Source: Octopus vulgaris
Taxonomy: Eukaryota
DNA length: 64,000 nt
Reading direction: 5' to 3'
Assembly: GCA_951406725.2 (NCBI GenBank)
Contig: OX597814.1
Coordinates: 148,862,001-148,926,000, forward strand
The notes below the pieces were generated by a model. The model had not been told where the DNA came from. It did no database searches and worked only from the letters and a program-made list of their open reading frames with translations. The position numbers and the translations under genes were made by a program. Positions 1 through 13,254 of this stretch are shown here, piece after piece (within the stretch, counting starts at the first letter, position 1; the number at the start of each line of letters is the position of its first letter).

Positions 1-966
1 GCCTAGACGAACACACGAACACAAAAAATTTTATCAGCCGCCTGACAGGTTTTTTCAGCAGTGATCATTATGTAGCCCCCCTCGCCAGCACACGGCCGCG
101 CACACATAGGCCAGTATACACATAAATGCTTTTAGGTAGTTTTTGTCTCGCCCCCAAAAATACACCCAGTATTCCTAAATTATTCAGAACATTAGTGTTG
201 GTCACTCAGAACATCTCCACACCCCTTGCTCTCACCTACTAGATCTGACCGCCGCCTGACCTGTAGATATCTTCAACGCACCAAACCCCCGATTTCAACG
301 TACATTGATAAACAGTTCAGCCATGGGCTCTTAAGGAGCGTCCTCGTTCGAATTGCGTTGCTGCGCCTCTGTTTTGTTCTGTCAACGGAATTCCTGTTTT
401 TTCCTGAAGAGAAAGTCACAATATGGTAACCTTATTTAATCAGAATTTGGAAATGTGTGGCCTTTGAAACATGTGTAGAATGTAATAAAACGAATTCTGT
501 ACAATCTTCGTTCAACTCCATTTCTTCCATTCACTAATAATATTAAACTTCAATTATCCGCCCCAACGCACGGTTGCAACACCAAATGGTCTTACCTCCA
601 ACCGTGCTTTGTTCTGCTGTGATTTTTACTACCCAGGTATCGGTTAAACTTTTGAATAATCTGTAACAAGAAAATTCATCTTTCTATTTCAACAAATATA
701 TATATATATATTTTTTTTTTTTCTAGTTTCAGCTCAGAGCTGCGGCCATGCTGATGCACCGCCGTTTTGTGCTACACTGTTATTACGACGAACCTCGTCT
801 AATATGTGGCACTTGGTGAAGAATAGAGTTTGATATAGCTACTCTCATTTGCACCTCTTGCCGTGAGGTAGGTTCATCTGAGACTCTTGACAGGAAGATG
901 TCCAGCTTTGATTTAAAAACCGCTACATCTACTTTGTACAAGTTCCTCAGACTCTTTGGGAGAATA

Positions 967-2978
967 TTAAAAAGCTGTGGGACCTTGAAACCCAGGCTGT
1001 TGCAGAAGCTGGTCCTGAAGCATTGCTGGGACCTTTGGCACTATGCAGTGTCGTCCCGTTCTAGCATTGGTGTAGCTTACAATGCCAAAATTTGGCACAA
1101 TTCCTTCAAAGATCTTCCAGACATATATTACTGCATACCTCTCCCGTCTTCTCTCCAGGGAGTAGAGTCTTAGCTGTTTCAACCTTTCTCAGTAGCTGAG
1201 CTGTTGCAAAGAGACGATCTTCTTTGTGAATCTTCTCTGGATTGCTTCAGGGTCCGCTGTTAATTTTACACTGGTGGGTGACCATAGCTGTGAGCAGTAA
1301 TCCAGGCGACTGTGGACGAATGTTTGCCAGAGGACCATCATGGTTTCCTTACCTCTGGTTCTGAATGTTCTTAGGATCCACCCAGCCAGTCGTATGCACT
1401 TTGTCGCCATCCTGGTAATGTGCACTTGGAAAGAGGTATCATCACTCATGTCGATACCCAGGTCCCTCACAGACTTAGGCTCTGGGATTGAAATTCCCTG
1501 TGGACCGGTGTATCCTGTAAGTTTAATATTCAGTTTTGGATGCTGGTAGCGTAGGGCCAGGAATTTTTCAGCATTAAACTGCATATTATTATCTTCAGCC
1601 CATCTGTAGATTGAGTCCAACTCCTGCTGCAGGTGTGCAACATCGCTGGGGTTCTGTATTTTCTGCGAGACTTTCATATCGTCTGCATAGCTGGCCAGAG
1701 TGGCTATCCGGGCATTTGAGGGCATATCTGAGAAGGCCACCATAAAAAGCAGTGGTCCTAAGACAGTGCCCTGTGGAACACCGCTCATTAATTGTGTGTT
1801 CATAGAGGTGGCTCCATTAACCACTACTGCCTGACTTCTATGTTTCAGGAAGTCATGCAACCACACTCCAAGTTTTCCAGCTATGCCGAGGTCACGTAGT
1901 TTGTGGCATATCATACCATGATCCACCTTCTCAAAAGCTTTTGCAAAATCAAAGGTAGATTACGTCCACATTTGATTTGTTGAGTAACTGCCTCAACACC
2001 CAGTCATAATGCTGTAAGAGCTGGGTCAGGCAGCTCCTACCTGGTCGAAAACCATGCTGGGTATCACTCAGCAAGTTATTTTCCTCAAGGAATACGATTA
2101 GTTTCTTTCTGACTATCCGTTCCATGACTTTGCTGATGTGTGAAGTCAGAGTGATAGGCCTATAGTTTTTGGCATCTGCTCTACTTCCCCCTTTATGTAT
2201 TGGGTATATTATTCCCTCCTTCAGCTTTATTGGCAGTTTGCCATTCGCAAGGAAGCTCTGGAAGAGGATCTTGAGGGGTTTTGCCAAGGCATGCTTACAC
2301 GCTCTGAGGAGGATGGCTGGGAAACCGTCTGGACCAGCAGCTGAGTTTGTGTCCACTTCATCTATGGCTAGTAGGACATCTGTTTCGCTAATGTCAATAC
2401 ATTCTATTGTAACCGCCTCGCTGGTTATAGGAGAGACGGCAAAGAAGTCCACTGGTTCGTTCACTTGTCTGTGTTCCAACGGGGTGGTAAAGACACTTTT
2501 GAACTGGTCATTCAGCATCTCACTGATCATAGTTGGACTGTCTGTGAGGAAGCCATCCTTTTGGAGGAGGGGTCCTATCTTGTAGTGCACTGAGACTGTT
2601 TCTTTCGCCGTAATGAATGAAGGCCTTTGGGTCTGATTTAATGTTTTTTATAACCCAGGCTTCTTTGTCTGCTTTCTCCTTCACATAGGATTGTTGCAAC
2701 CTTTTTTCGATCTCCATCAGTGTTGTTTTTAGGCGGGACGTTTCGCTACTTTTGGGATGTTGGTTGAGACGATTTGCAACCTTCGTCCGTCGTGTCATGA
2801 GGATCTTCCTGTCTCTTGGAATCTTGCTCCTATTTGTTTTGGCCTTGTGCTCTGGGACATATTTCTGGCATACGGCTTGCACAGAGGACATGAAACATTC
2901 TAGTTTCATGTCAATGTCTGGTGTGGAGAGACATTCCGGCCAGTCCTCTCTGAGGATCTCTTTTTGGATCGATTTCAA
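967..2978 (-). pseudogene. LINE reverse transcriptase (broken into several frames)
   Basis: ORFs 2520-2978, 1949-2590, 1189-1926 and 967-1182 are collinear pieces of one RT with frameshifts and stops. Confidence 0.9.
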
Positions 2979-2995
2979 ATCTGCTTTGTGGAAGT

Positions 2996-3877
2996 TCAGA
3001 TTGGAGAGATTTCGGGTGCTTCTTTAGGCTGTATGTCTCTGGTTACTTTCGGCCCAAACATAGACAGCTCTATTATGTTGTGGTCCGAAAGAGATGTCGG
3101 TGTCACTTTCACATCATGAATGATGTCCATATTGTTCGTGAAGCAGAGATCCAGAATGTTATTCGCCCTAGTTGGCTTGAGTACAACTTGCTCCATGAAT
3201 AAGGCATTGGTGAGGTTGAGCAGGGACTCCACCTGTACTTGCTTGCAATGATTCATTCCTGAGAGTATGTGACCTTCGGGCCATTTGACGTTGGGGAAGT
3301 TGAAATCACCCATAAGAAATATGGTCACATGGTGTTCCAGATACATGAGGATTTCTTTCATTCTTGTGAGGCAATCTTCAAACTTGCCTATGTGATTTGG
3401 GGCATCCGGTGGCCAATATGTATTGCATATGACTATATTATGTTGTCTTATGTATACAATTAAGGTGTCACATACCGAATTTGAGTATGTCATCAAGACC
3501 TGGGCTGTGAGGTCATCTCGGATGTATACAGCAACTCTACCATGGCTCCTTTCCCTTCTGTCTGTTCGCAGTATGGCATAGTTTGGTATGTGTACTTCTG
3601 CGTCCTCTATATCAGGGTTGAGGTGAGTTTCCACAAGTGCTATGCATAGGGCTTGATTGCATGCAGTAACATCTCTCAGGAAGGAAATTTTGTTTCTATT
3701 TTGATGCAACAGGCCCCCAATATTTAGTAAAAGTATTGGGGTGACGGCTGTGCAGGCGTTAGGGGAGGCCATCCCGTGTCTGTTGACTGTGGTGGTCTTG
3801 CATAGTGGTGGGCAGGGTTCCTTCTCTGTACTTGGTGTAGCCAGGTTAGCTGCCGGACAATTCTTTCCGCCATGCAT
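2996..3877 (-). pseudogene. LINE apurinic-like endonuclease domain (disrupted ORF2 segment)
   Basis: Motifs LLLNIGGL, LVETHL, GDFNFP, ILDLCF and SDHN. Confidence 0.9.
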
Positions 3878-4220
3878 AAAAAAGACTCTTGCTTAGCTGC
3901 TGCGTTGCGCAGAACATCTGAGGAGAGCACTTCGTTTTTGAAAGTTTTCCTGGGAGACATTTCTTGTGTTCCCTCGGTAAAGTTTTTCTCTTTGAGTCCC
4001 CTGAAGTTCTGGCGGGGTGTCGGGTGGGCGAACCGGCAGTTTTTGCCGTCCTCACCATGCCAACATTTGCCCCGCATGTAGAACTTACAGGTTCTTCGGT
4101 GCCTTCCAGATTTCAACTTTCCTGAAGTGTACTGGGTGGCATTGGATCCTCCATGGGGTTCTCTGCTGTTTGAGTGAGGGGTTGGGGTTTCAGCTTTGGT
4201 TGTTTTGCCTTTTCCTCCTT
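3724..4220 (-). pseudogene. LINE ORF1-like/N-terminal region with a CCCH-type zinc finger
   Basis: CKFYMRGKCWHGEDGKNCRFAH is C-x7-C-x8-C-x3-H and lies directly upstream of the endonuclease frame. Confidence 0.65.
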
Positions 4221-6263
4221 ATATATATATTACTTTGATACATACATCATTGTACACATTTTTGTGTATTTGCGTATATGTATACAGACACGCATATACA
4301 CACATGTACACATTACATACATATGTATGTATATATATATGTATGTATATATATATGTATGTATGTATACGTATATAGATATATGTGGAGAGAAGGGGAG
4401 AAAGTGAGAGGTAGAGAGAGAAACAGAGAGTATTACTGTTATTTTTTAAGGATAGAGTTTCTTTTTTTTTCATTACCTACTTTATTGTTGTGAAAATTGT
4501 CGTTTGTTTTCTCGCGCTATTCTTTTTCACTTGTTCACTCTGCGCGCGTTCAATCTGCTGTAAGTTGCCTTTTCTTTTAAATAACTTTATATACATTTGC
4601 TGATGGCTATCTTACGCTGAAGAGTATTTTTTTCAACTCATTTTTTTCTCATGCTTTCTCTCATTTTTTGCAGCCTCTTTGGATTTAAAAGAAATAGTGA
4701 ATGCTCGATTCCAATTCGATTTTGTTCCACCCTAAAGCGTCACACTTAAGAGGATCAGTGCAGAAAACATTCATTGATTATAAAGTATTTGGGTAAAGTT
4801 TCTTATTTTTCTGTTTGGTTGCCTTGTTGGTTAGTTGAACTTTTTCTTATATTTATCTCTTCTTTCTTCAGTTGCGTATTTCTGTGCGCAAGTTTATTGT
4901 GAAAATTGTGTATATACTTTCGCCAGGGTATGTGTCTTCGAGTAACAGTTTTTTTTGTCCCTATATGTATTCTGTACCTGTATATATGTGCACATTTACG
5001 CATGTGCATAATATATGTGTGTGTGTGTATATATATATATGTATATATATATATATACACGTATTTATATATCTATATATACACGCATATATATGTATGT
5101 ATATATACATATGTATACATGTATATATATATATTGTATGTATATATACACGTATTTATATATATATATATATATACACGCATATATATATGTATGTATA
5201 TATACATATCATATTCATATATATATATATAAATATATATGTATATATATATACATACACATACACACACACTCACACACACACACGCACACACACACAC
5301 ACACACCTCGTGGTATATGACCATGTATAAATATATTCACATATATCTATACGCATGCACATAGGTATGCGCATGTATGTGACTGTATGTGATGCTGTTG
5401 TTTCTACCTTTGCTTTGTTTTTGCGTTTACAATTGCCTTACTAATTGTCTTTCTCTTTCTATATGTTCACTGTATAGAAATACGTTCTGTGTGAGCCGAA
5501 GTGCTTCCATTGTTGTTACATGTCTTCTCACAGTTAGTTTAATTTAGCACATACATCTTTATTTGTGCACCAGTGTATTTTGTGCGCGCGATCTACATCC
5601 TAACTCTGTTTCCGTTATCATTTGTTTAAATTTTGTTATTTCTGTGTATGTGTGTGCTCGTGTGTGTGTGTGTGTGTGTGTGTGCATGTATGTGTACGTG
5701 CATTTATGTGTTTGCGAGTGTTTGTGCGTATGCTCGTGTCTGTGTGTGTTTGTGTTTCTGTGTTTGCATGTGTGTACATGAAATTGAATAATGCATGTAT
5801 TTGTTCTCTTGTTTCCGTGTCAATGGTATTCCAATTTGTTTTCAGGTATGATACAGGATTTGTACTAAAGTTTGCATATGTGAGGGCATGTATGCGATCG
5901 AATGAAACTGTCGTATGACAGTAGCAACATTTATCTTTGTATAGATTATAAGGACGTAAATTATATTTCAATATTTCAGTATATCTATCGTTTCTAAGTT
6001 ATTTTTGCAAACATGGATCTCCCTTCTTAGTCTATCTGAAAATACATTTTTCATTTGTTTTTATTAGACCAGGCTTCTAGTACTTATTCTATCGGTTTTA
6101 TTTGTCAACATAAAGAAATCAACACCGATATTTTAGCGTTGATGGGGGACAGACGCAATTTCCCTCAAACAAATCCACTTAAATTATTAGGTTGGCTCAA
6201 GTTTATAGTAAGAGATAGTTACCCGTGGTACCTTACGGTGAGATTCAACCACACCTGTGCGTA

Positions 6264-6338
<75 letters not shown>

Positions 6339-6399
6339 ATGTCTGTCTGTCTGTCTGTACATATATACATACATGCATACATACACACACACACACACA

Positions 6400-6443
<44 letters not shown>

Positions 6444-6667
6444 GAGGCTTGGCTAAAAGTCACCTGAGAGTAAATCAAAACCATTGAATTACAAGATTTA
6501 TTTATGTTTAACAACTGAATGAATTTAATAAAAGCATCTAAATATGAAACATCATGAAAATTGTTCAAACTGAAGTCCTTGAGCAACACCATTTTTTCAA
6601 ATGAATAAATAAAATGGAATATTAAGTAATTATGGAGTTTTGATCTACTGTATATATGGTGATATTC

Positions 6668-6793
6668 TTTCAGTTTCTGTTCCATCAAAAGGCTTTGGCC
6701 GGCCCGAAGCTATAGTAGAAAACACTTGCACAAGGTGCCACGCAGTGGGACTGGACCCGGAACCATAGGGTCGTGAAGCAAGCTACTTACCAC
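6668..6793 (-). mobile_element. tRNA-derived SINE, 5' fragment (same family as 59317-59725)
   Basis: The reverse complement matches the head of the 59317 copy (tgtggtaagtagcttg ... cagtcccactgcgtggcaccttg..caagtg..ttctactatagc). Confidence 0.75.
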
Positions 6794-6856
6794 AGAATAT
6801 TTATATTTCATGTATGTATGTATGTATGTATGTATGTATGTATGTATGTATGTATG

Positions 6857-6897
<41 letters not shown>

Positions 6898-6900
6898 GAC

Positions 6901-6955
<55 letters not shown>

Positions 6956-7002
6956 TTATCTGTCTGTCTGCATCATTCTCTTTCTCGCTTTCTTTATGTC
7001 TC

Positions 7003-7065
<63 letters not shown>

Positions 7066-8469
7066 AAATAGATAGACAAACAGATATAGAGATAGAGAGA
7101 GATATGAAATACAAATAAATATGTATAACAAGCGCAAGGTATGTATGTATGCATGCATATATGTGTGTATATATATAACAAGTGGAAGTATTATGCACAC
7201 AAACATTAGAGACAATATCTTTGTGTCAAGTTACCTCATAATAGATCAGTGATATTTTAAGTAGTCTTACTAGGTACATTTCATAGTCGTACAAGTACGA
7301 AATAGTTTCATTCATTAAAATAAAGTTATTTAATTTGTTTATAAATAAGCTTGTTTCGTATTGTTTGTGTTGTTTTTCTCTGTGCACAAATAACTTTTTT
7401 TTATATATGAATTTGCTTTGCATTTTATAGCTTGAAAATATCTTTGCTTTGCAATATTAGGAGGGCACCAAATAATATTGCTTTGGAAGGATTCTGACCG
7501 CCACTATATAACTAAAAGTGGAGTGACACATTTCAATGAAACGAAGAAGTGTCCAGTTGATAGTACCAATTGAATGTGAGCAGTTAACAGAGGGCGTTGA
7601 GCCTCGTGTAACATTAATCGTATTGAGTCGTGCGAATACTTTCTATCCCTCCACTTCGTTAAATTATTAATGTGGCAACAGGATACAAAAGTGGCGACGA
7701 GGATGAGATTCCCATGGAAATATTGTACGACACTTTTGAGGTACCAACACCCAAACAAATTGAAACAACAGGTTCAAGCACCAGAAAAAGGAACAGAAAG
7801 AGCAGTAAACAGAGAGAATCGAGCTTCGTATAACAGTAATCGTCTTGCATCGTCTGAATACTCCTGATTCGTTAAATTATTTATCCAACACCAGGAAATA
7901 TAAAAATACGCATACATTTTAGTTACGTCATGCCTTTCAGAATTCAAATACTGCTGAAGTTGCGCTTGCATGTCATAAGGATTAACAGCTGTTGAAATAC
8001 TCATCTCTATATGATTTGCAAGCGCCATCCATTACAAGGTTTAGGTTTGAAACTTTGTTAGAAACAGTTTTAGTTACATACTTCCATAGTAGGATTTTCT
8101 TATTATTTTCTTAACATACAAATATATCTTTTCACTTCTAATCATGACAATTGAATACGAGTCACTTTTAGTTCTCTTCAGGTAAGATTTAAAATTTTGA
8201 GTTGTATCTCATGTTCGTAATTCTATAATGTTTATTTTCTCTATCTGAAACCTGTTGCTTTTATAAGTTTTCTATCTAGATATATGTCACTGTTTACAGT
8301 TTTGTTCTTCGTTTTCGTATCACTCGTATGCTCGATGGAGACACATAATTGAATAATGCTTCCATCTGAGCCCATGCAGGCATCGTAGAATGCATAGAGG
8401 TAAGACGAATTTGCTCATAAATGTGAAGTGACTCACAAATCGGTAACCGTTTTCTAACTACAAACATGT

Positions 8470-8630
8470 TTTCTTCTTCTTCTTCTTCTTCTTCTTCTTC
8501 TTCTTCTTCTTCTTCTTCTTCTTCTCCTTCTTCTTCTTCTTCTTCTTCTTCTTCTTCTTCTTCTTCTTCTTCTTCGTCTCCTTCTTCTTCTTCTCTCTCC
8601 CCCTCTCTTCTTCTTCTTCTTCTTCTTCGT
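8470..8630. repeat. (TTC)n microsatellite
   Basis: Direct inspection. Confidence 0.95.
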
Positions 8631-10671
8631 CTCCTCCTCCTCCTTCTTCCCTCGCCCCTTCTCTCTTTCTCTTTCCCCCCTCTCTATCTCTGTCCTTCAT
8701 ACCACCATTGTAGTGTTTTCTACTCGTCGAAGGTGGCTTGCTCGAACAGCATTCAAATTCTTTCAATTCAATCCTATATTCTTCTCCTCTAAATAAAGTG
8801 TCTACTTATCAAGCTCTTCAGCATCATCTACGATTTTTTGGAACTTGTGGCTTGATTATTTTATATTTCTTTGCCCATGAAAAGCTTAATAGAAAAGTTA
8901 ACCGGTTCGGTAAAACTGGTATGGAAACGAAAGAAGGGGTAAATAAATAAGTAATCGTAGATTTATTCAGCAGATATGCTGGCTGGGTCAAACAAAAACA
9001 AAGGAATAAACAGCGGATATAAGTAGTTTTTCTGATAAAAAAAAATTATGTTCACTTGCACTGACAGTACAGGGTTAAATTACCTTCCCTGATTCTTGCA
9101 GGTATTTTTTTTTTGCAGTTAACTTATTGCTTTAGTTTAGAGGTGTACCACCGTACCCAATGTCCAGAAGCATTGATTCCTTTTGGAAGCTTTTTCAGCA
9201 ATCAATCAGTACAATGGTACAAAGTTTTGTTTTTAATTGCTGCTGTAATTTATGCCCGATCGCTAATTTACAACTCATTTATGTATTAATATTTTAATAT
9301 CATCTACCTGATGACGAGTATCTTTTCTGTCTGACTGAGAATATTTGACATCATTGCTAAATAAATTATCTGCTACTAGATATTTAGAATCGCTTGTGCT
9401 ATTTTTTCCCTTCGGATAAAAGTATTACCTCCAACTCTAGTATCAGTAATGTTTGTGTTTGCTTTCTGGAGTTAGTGAAAGCAATTATTATAGTTTGTGT
9501 TTATTGATAAATTACTTTAATCATAAATCGAGGGCTTTATCAATATCAGGAATGTTCCACTCGCATAGTGTGTTGATATTTTACTTAATTCGTAACTGAT
9601 TATGCTGGGCCATGATTGAAATGTTATTGTAAATTTTTCCTATTCAATTGCCGTTCCATTCTATTGTACCACTGGTAGGGTAGGCGGGTGTATGAAGTCA
9701 AACATTGTTAATAATAATAGTATTAATGCAGATTATACTTCCCAATTCTTTTTTCTAATCTATTGTGCTTCTGGATTATGATTTATTAAAGAAAGTATTA
9801 TTAGAGTTGATGCATATTATTTTTGTTATTTTTGTTGTTGTTAGTGATTGTGTCGTTGGGTTGATGGCGGTGGTTATTTTAAAATCTTCATCAATATCAA
9901 TATTAACAATGTTTGCTTTCATCAGTTACTGTAACCCTACACACACAGACTCACACATGGACACATTTTTATACATGCAAACACATTTCTATTTACAATG
10001 ACAAAAAGACAAAGACATGATATTTACGCACGTACACCCCTACCAATGCACACACAAAATATATGGATATTCGTGTATGTATGAGGGAGAGAAAGTGCGA
10101 GTTTGTATTTAAGTTTTTGTTTTCATTCCAGGCCAATGCAATGCATACATCACTCGCGTCTTTCGAGAAGCCAGTGCATATAAATACAATTGCATTCGCT
10201 ATATTTATCAGCTGTATGCACAAGCTAGTATGAGCTATATGAGCTAGTACACAATTTTTTTTAAATGTCTTATTTGCTTTTTCTTGTCCATATTCAAACA
10301 AGACCAGATAATAATTTTCTCTTTGCATTCAGAGTTTCATTCATGCCACAATACGCAACTGTTTGTTTTCTGTTTATGATGATGATGATGATGGTTTCCA
10401 ATTCACAAATAATAATAAAAATAATGATACTTATACTAATAATAATAATGATAACAGTAATCATAATAATAATATTAATAATAATAATGATAATAATAAT
10501 AAGTAAGGATATTAATGATGATGATGATAATAACAATTAACGAAATTAATGATGATAATACTAATGATGATTAGAATCCGTATTGTTGTCATTGTAGTAG
10601 TAGTAGTATAAATAGTAGTGGTAGTGGTGGTGGTGGTGGTAGTGGTGGTGGTGATGGTGGTGGTAGTGGTT

Positions 10672-10728
<57 letters not shown>

Positions 10729-12042
10729 TATTAAGTCTTATGTATTTTGCTTTTCTATTATCATAGTTTATGCTATTTGTAACCAATCATTGTCCGTTCG
10801 AGTTGGTAAGGAAGTCTATGACGCACTCAATCTTTATATAAATAATTCTTCCTCTTCCTCGCCATCGTCTTATTACTAATGATGTTGTTGTTGTTCATGA
10901 TACTGCTGCTGCTGCTGCTGCTGATGTTGTGGTTGCTGAAGTTATGGTAATAATCGTCGTCGTCGTAGGCATCGTCATCATCATCATCACCGTCATCGTA
11001 AACAGTAGCAGCTGCCAAAGCGACGTTGTCTTATCAACATCACTGTATTCATAGTCACGGTAATTGTATAAATGATGATTTATGTTACAAGAGAAAACTT
11101 TTCATGGTTATAATTTTTATATCATACATTTTTCTTTCTTATTTCCTTGTATTGTTATATCGATCAATTTCATATTCTAAAGCTATAACAACTCAGCCAC
11201 ATCGGTGGTTCGATTTTATAAACAGCACACACAAACACAAATACGCACACATACATACCTATATATAATATTATAATCCAAATGTTACATTTCCCCAATA
11301 CATATAACTGAATGACTGAGAATAGATATTTATGTACTAGGTGTGGTAAAAGAGGCCGATCCGCTAAGTTAAAAAGCCTTGGTAGATAACATTTATACTC
11401 ATTATATTTTTTAGTTGCAAATCACTATTATTTGAAGAAGACCTTGCGGAAAATGTGTTGTTGTTGTTGTTGTTAAGCAACAAGACGGGTAAGGGTGATT
11501 AGGTGATGGTCTAGGGCTTAGGGGCGGGAGTCTCCAGACCTTTGAAAAAAACAACTTTGGTCGTCTTGTTGTAGTCAAGGGTTCTTCGTTGACGCCCGAC
11601 ACCACTGGGAGGTGGCCCTCGAAATCGTTGGAAATGGAGATCTCCAGGTCCATATTTTTGAACGACTGGAAAATATGTTGGAGATGCTAGGCTACCATCG
11701 AGTAGGTTCCTCTGCCTTTATGCTAAGAAATTGATGTTTTTGAAAGAAGAACGAAGTGTAGTGCAAAATGATATTCAAACTGTATCCACAACAACTGACT
11801 TAAATTTATATCAAAACGTTGGCATACATTGAGCAAATGTTTCAAGTTTGTGTTAGCATAGACAGTATTTGAAGAGGCATCCCCAAAATTACATGAACTC
11901 ATAATGGTCACACCATAGAAATTTCATAATTACATAATGACCTTAGTTCCTACAATGACCTACTAAATATATTATAGGGTATAAAAATAATAATAAAATC
12001 ATTTTAAAAACCGTCGGAGAAACGTTTCATTACGGAAGTAGT

Positions 12043-12084
<42 letters not shown>

Positions 12085-12604
12085 CGACGACGACGATGAC
12101 GATTGACGATTATGATGTCGTTGATGACGATAAAGAATGGTGATAATGATGGTTTCATAATGGTGATGGAGTTGTTCTGCATGGCCGAAAATATTCCTCC
12201 CAATAAATCTGCCTCAACAATGAGTAGCATTTTTAGTGCTGTATCGTTTACTGTATCGTTATATGTTCTCTCCAAATGTTTTATGTATTCATTAAATTAC
12301 TGCGTGTGATAAGGAATTGATAATTTCGAGGCAAAGCGTTGACTTATTTGAATTCTATCCGAAATTTTTATATAATAAATTTCTACATTACGACTACAGC
12401 AAGATATCTAGTAGCTAGAAAGTTCCTATCAAAGAAATCGTCACACCTATATGGATATATATATACATACGTACATACATATATACATACACACACACAT
12501 ATATATATATATGTATGTATATATAAATATATACCCATGCGCGCTCATACTCACACTCACATACGCGCTCACACACATACGCATGCACACACCACACACA
12601 TATT

Positions 12605-12644
<40 letters not shown>

Positions 12645-13176
12645 TATGGGTGTAGGTAAGTGTTTTACATTTTCTTTGGGTGTACATCTACCAGCAGGTG
12701 CGTGTGTGTGTTAATATCGGCGTATAGTTTAGTAATGGTATGTATTGAAAAGTTATGTTAAGTATTATACAATAACACACTGCTTCTGCTAACTATAAAG
12801 TATTCTACTGGAGTATTCTTTCCAAGAATGAGTAGGCTTCCGTGTGGCTTTGGAAATATTCACGTCTCCCTGCACAGAAAGAAAATATTTTCATAAATGT
12901 AATACGCAATAAAAACCTTGCTCATAAAATCATATCGTTTTGCAGATGATATTCGAGATGATACTAAAATTTTGTACTTAAAAATATTTTTACGCGAATA
13001 TACGAAAGGAATTTGAAGAGCAGCAGATAATAATTGATGAAAACTTTTCAAATGTCAAAATGGCATATTTTTAACACAAAAATATTATAACAACTACAGC
13101 AATAACTACAACAAAAATATCAACGAAAATAGTAATTTTAGCAGCCGTAGGGGAAGCAGTATCAGCAGCAGCAACG

Positions 13177-13254
<78 letters not shown>

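Larger units (their letters stand above)
711..4220 (-). mobile_element. CR1/L2-group non-LTR retrotransposon (LINE), near full-length ORF2 but frameshifted, probably 5'-truncated
   Basis: Consecutive minus-strand ORFs give an APE endonuclease (LVETHL, MGDFNFP, ILDLCFTN, SDHN), then an RT (NYRPITLTSHISKVMERIV, QHGFRPGRSCLTQLL, GVPQGTVLGPLLF, YADD), then a CR1-like C-terminus (RLDYCSQLWSP, LYSLERRRERY). The 3' end has a hairpin plus poly(A) at ~711-763, and both flanks are (TA)n. Confidence 0.93.

Noticed and set aside
1-435. Possible hAT-type terminus (atatggtaacctta at ~420-434)
   Set aside because: Only one short end is visible, with no partner TIR or transposase in the window.
4174-7215. 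Many overlapping ORFs rich in YI, HT, CV, LS and ER repeats (also throughout the window)
   Set aside because: They are translations of (TA)n, (CA)n, (TATC)n and (GA)n microsatellites, not genes.
11450-11720. GC-richer island ending in (CAA)n on the minus strand, possibly an RTE 3' end
   Set aside because: No diagnostic protein motif was recovered.
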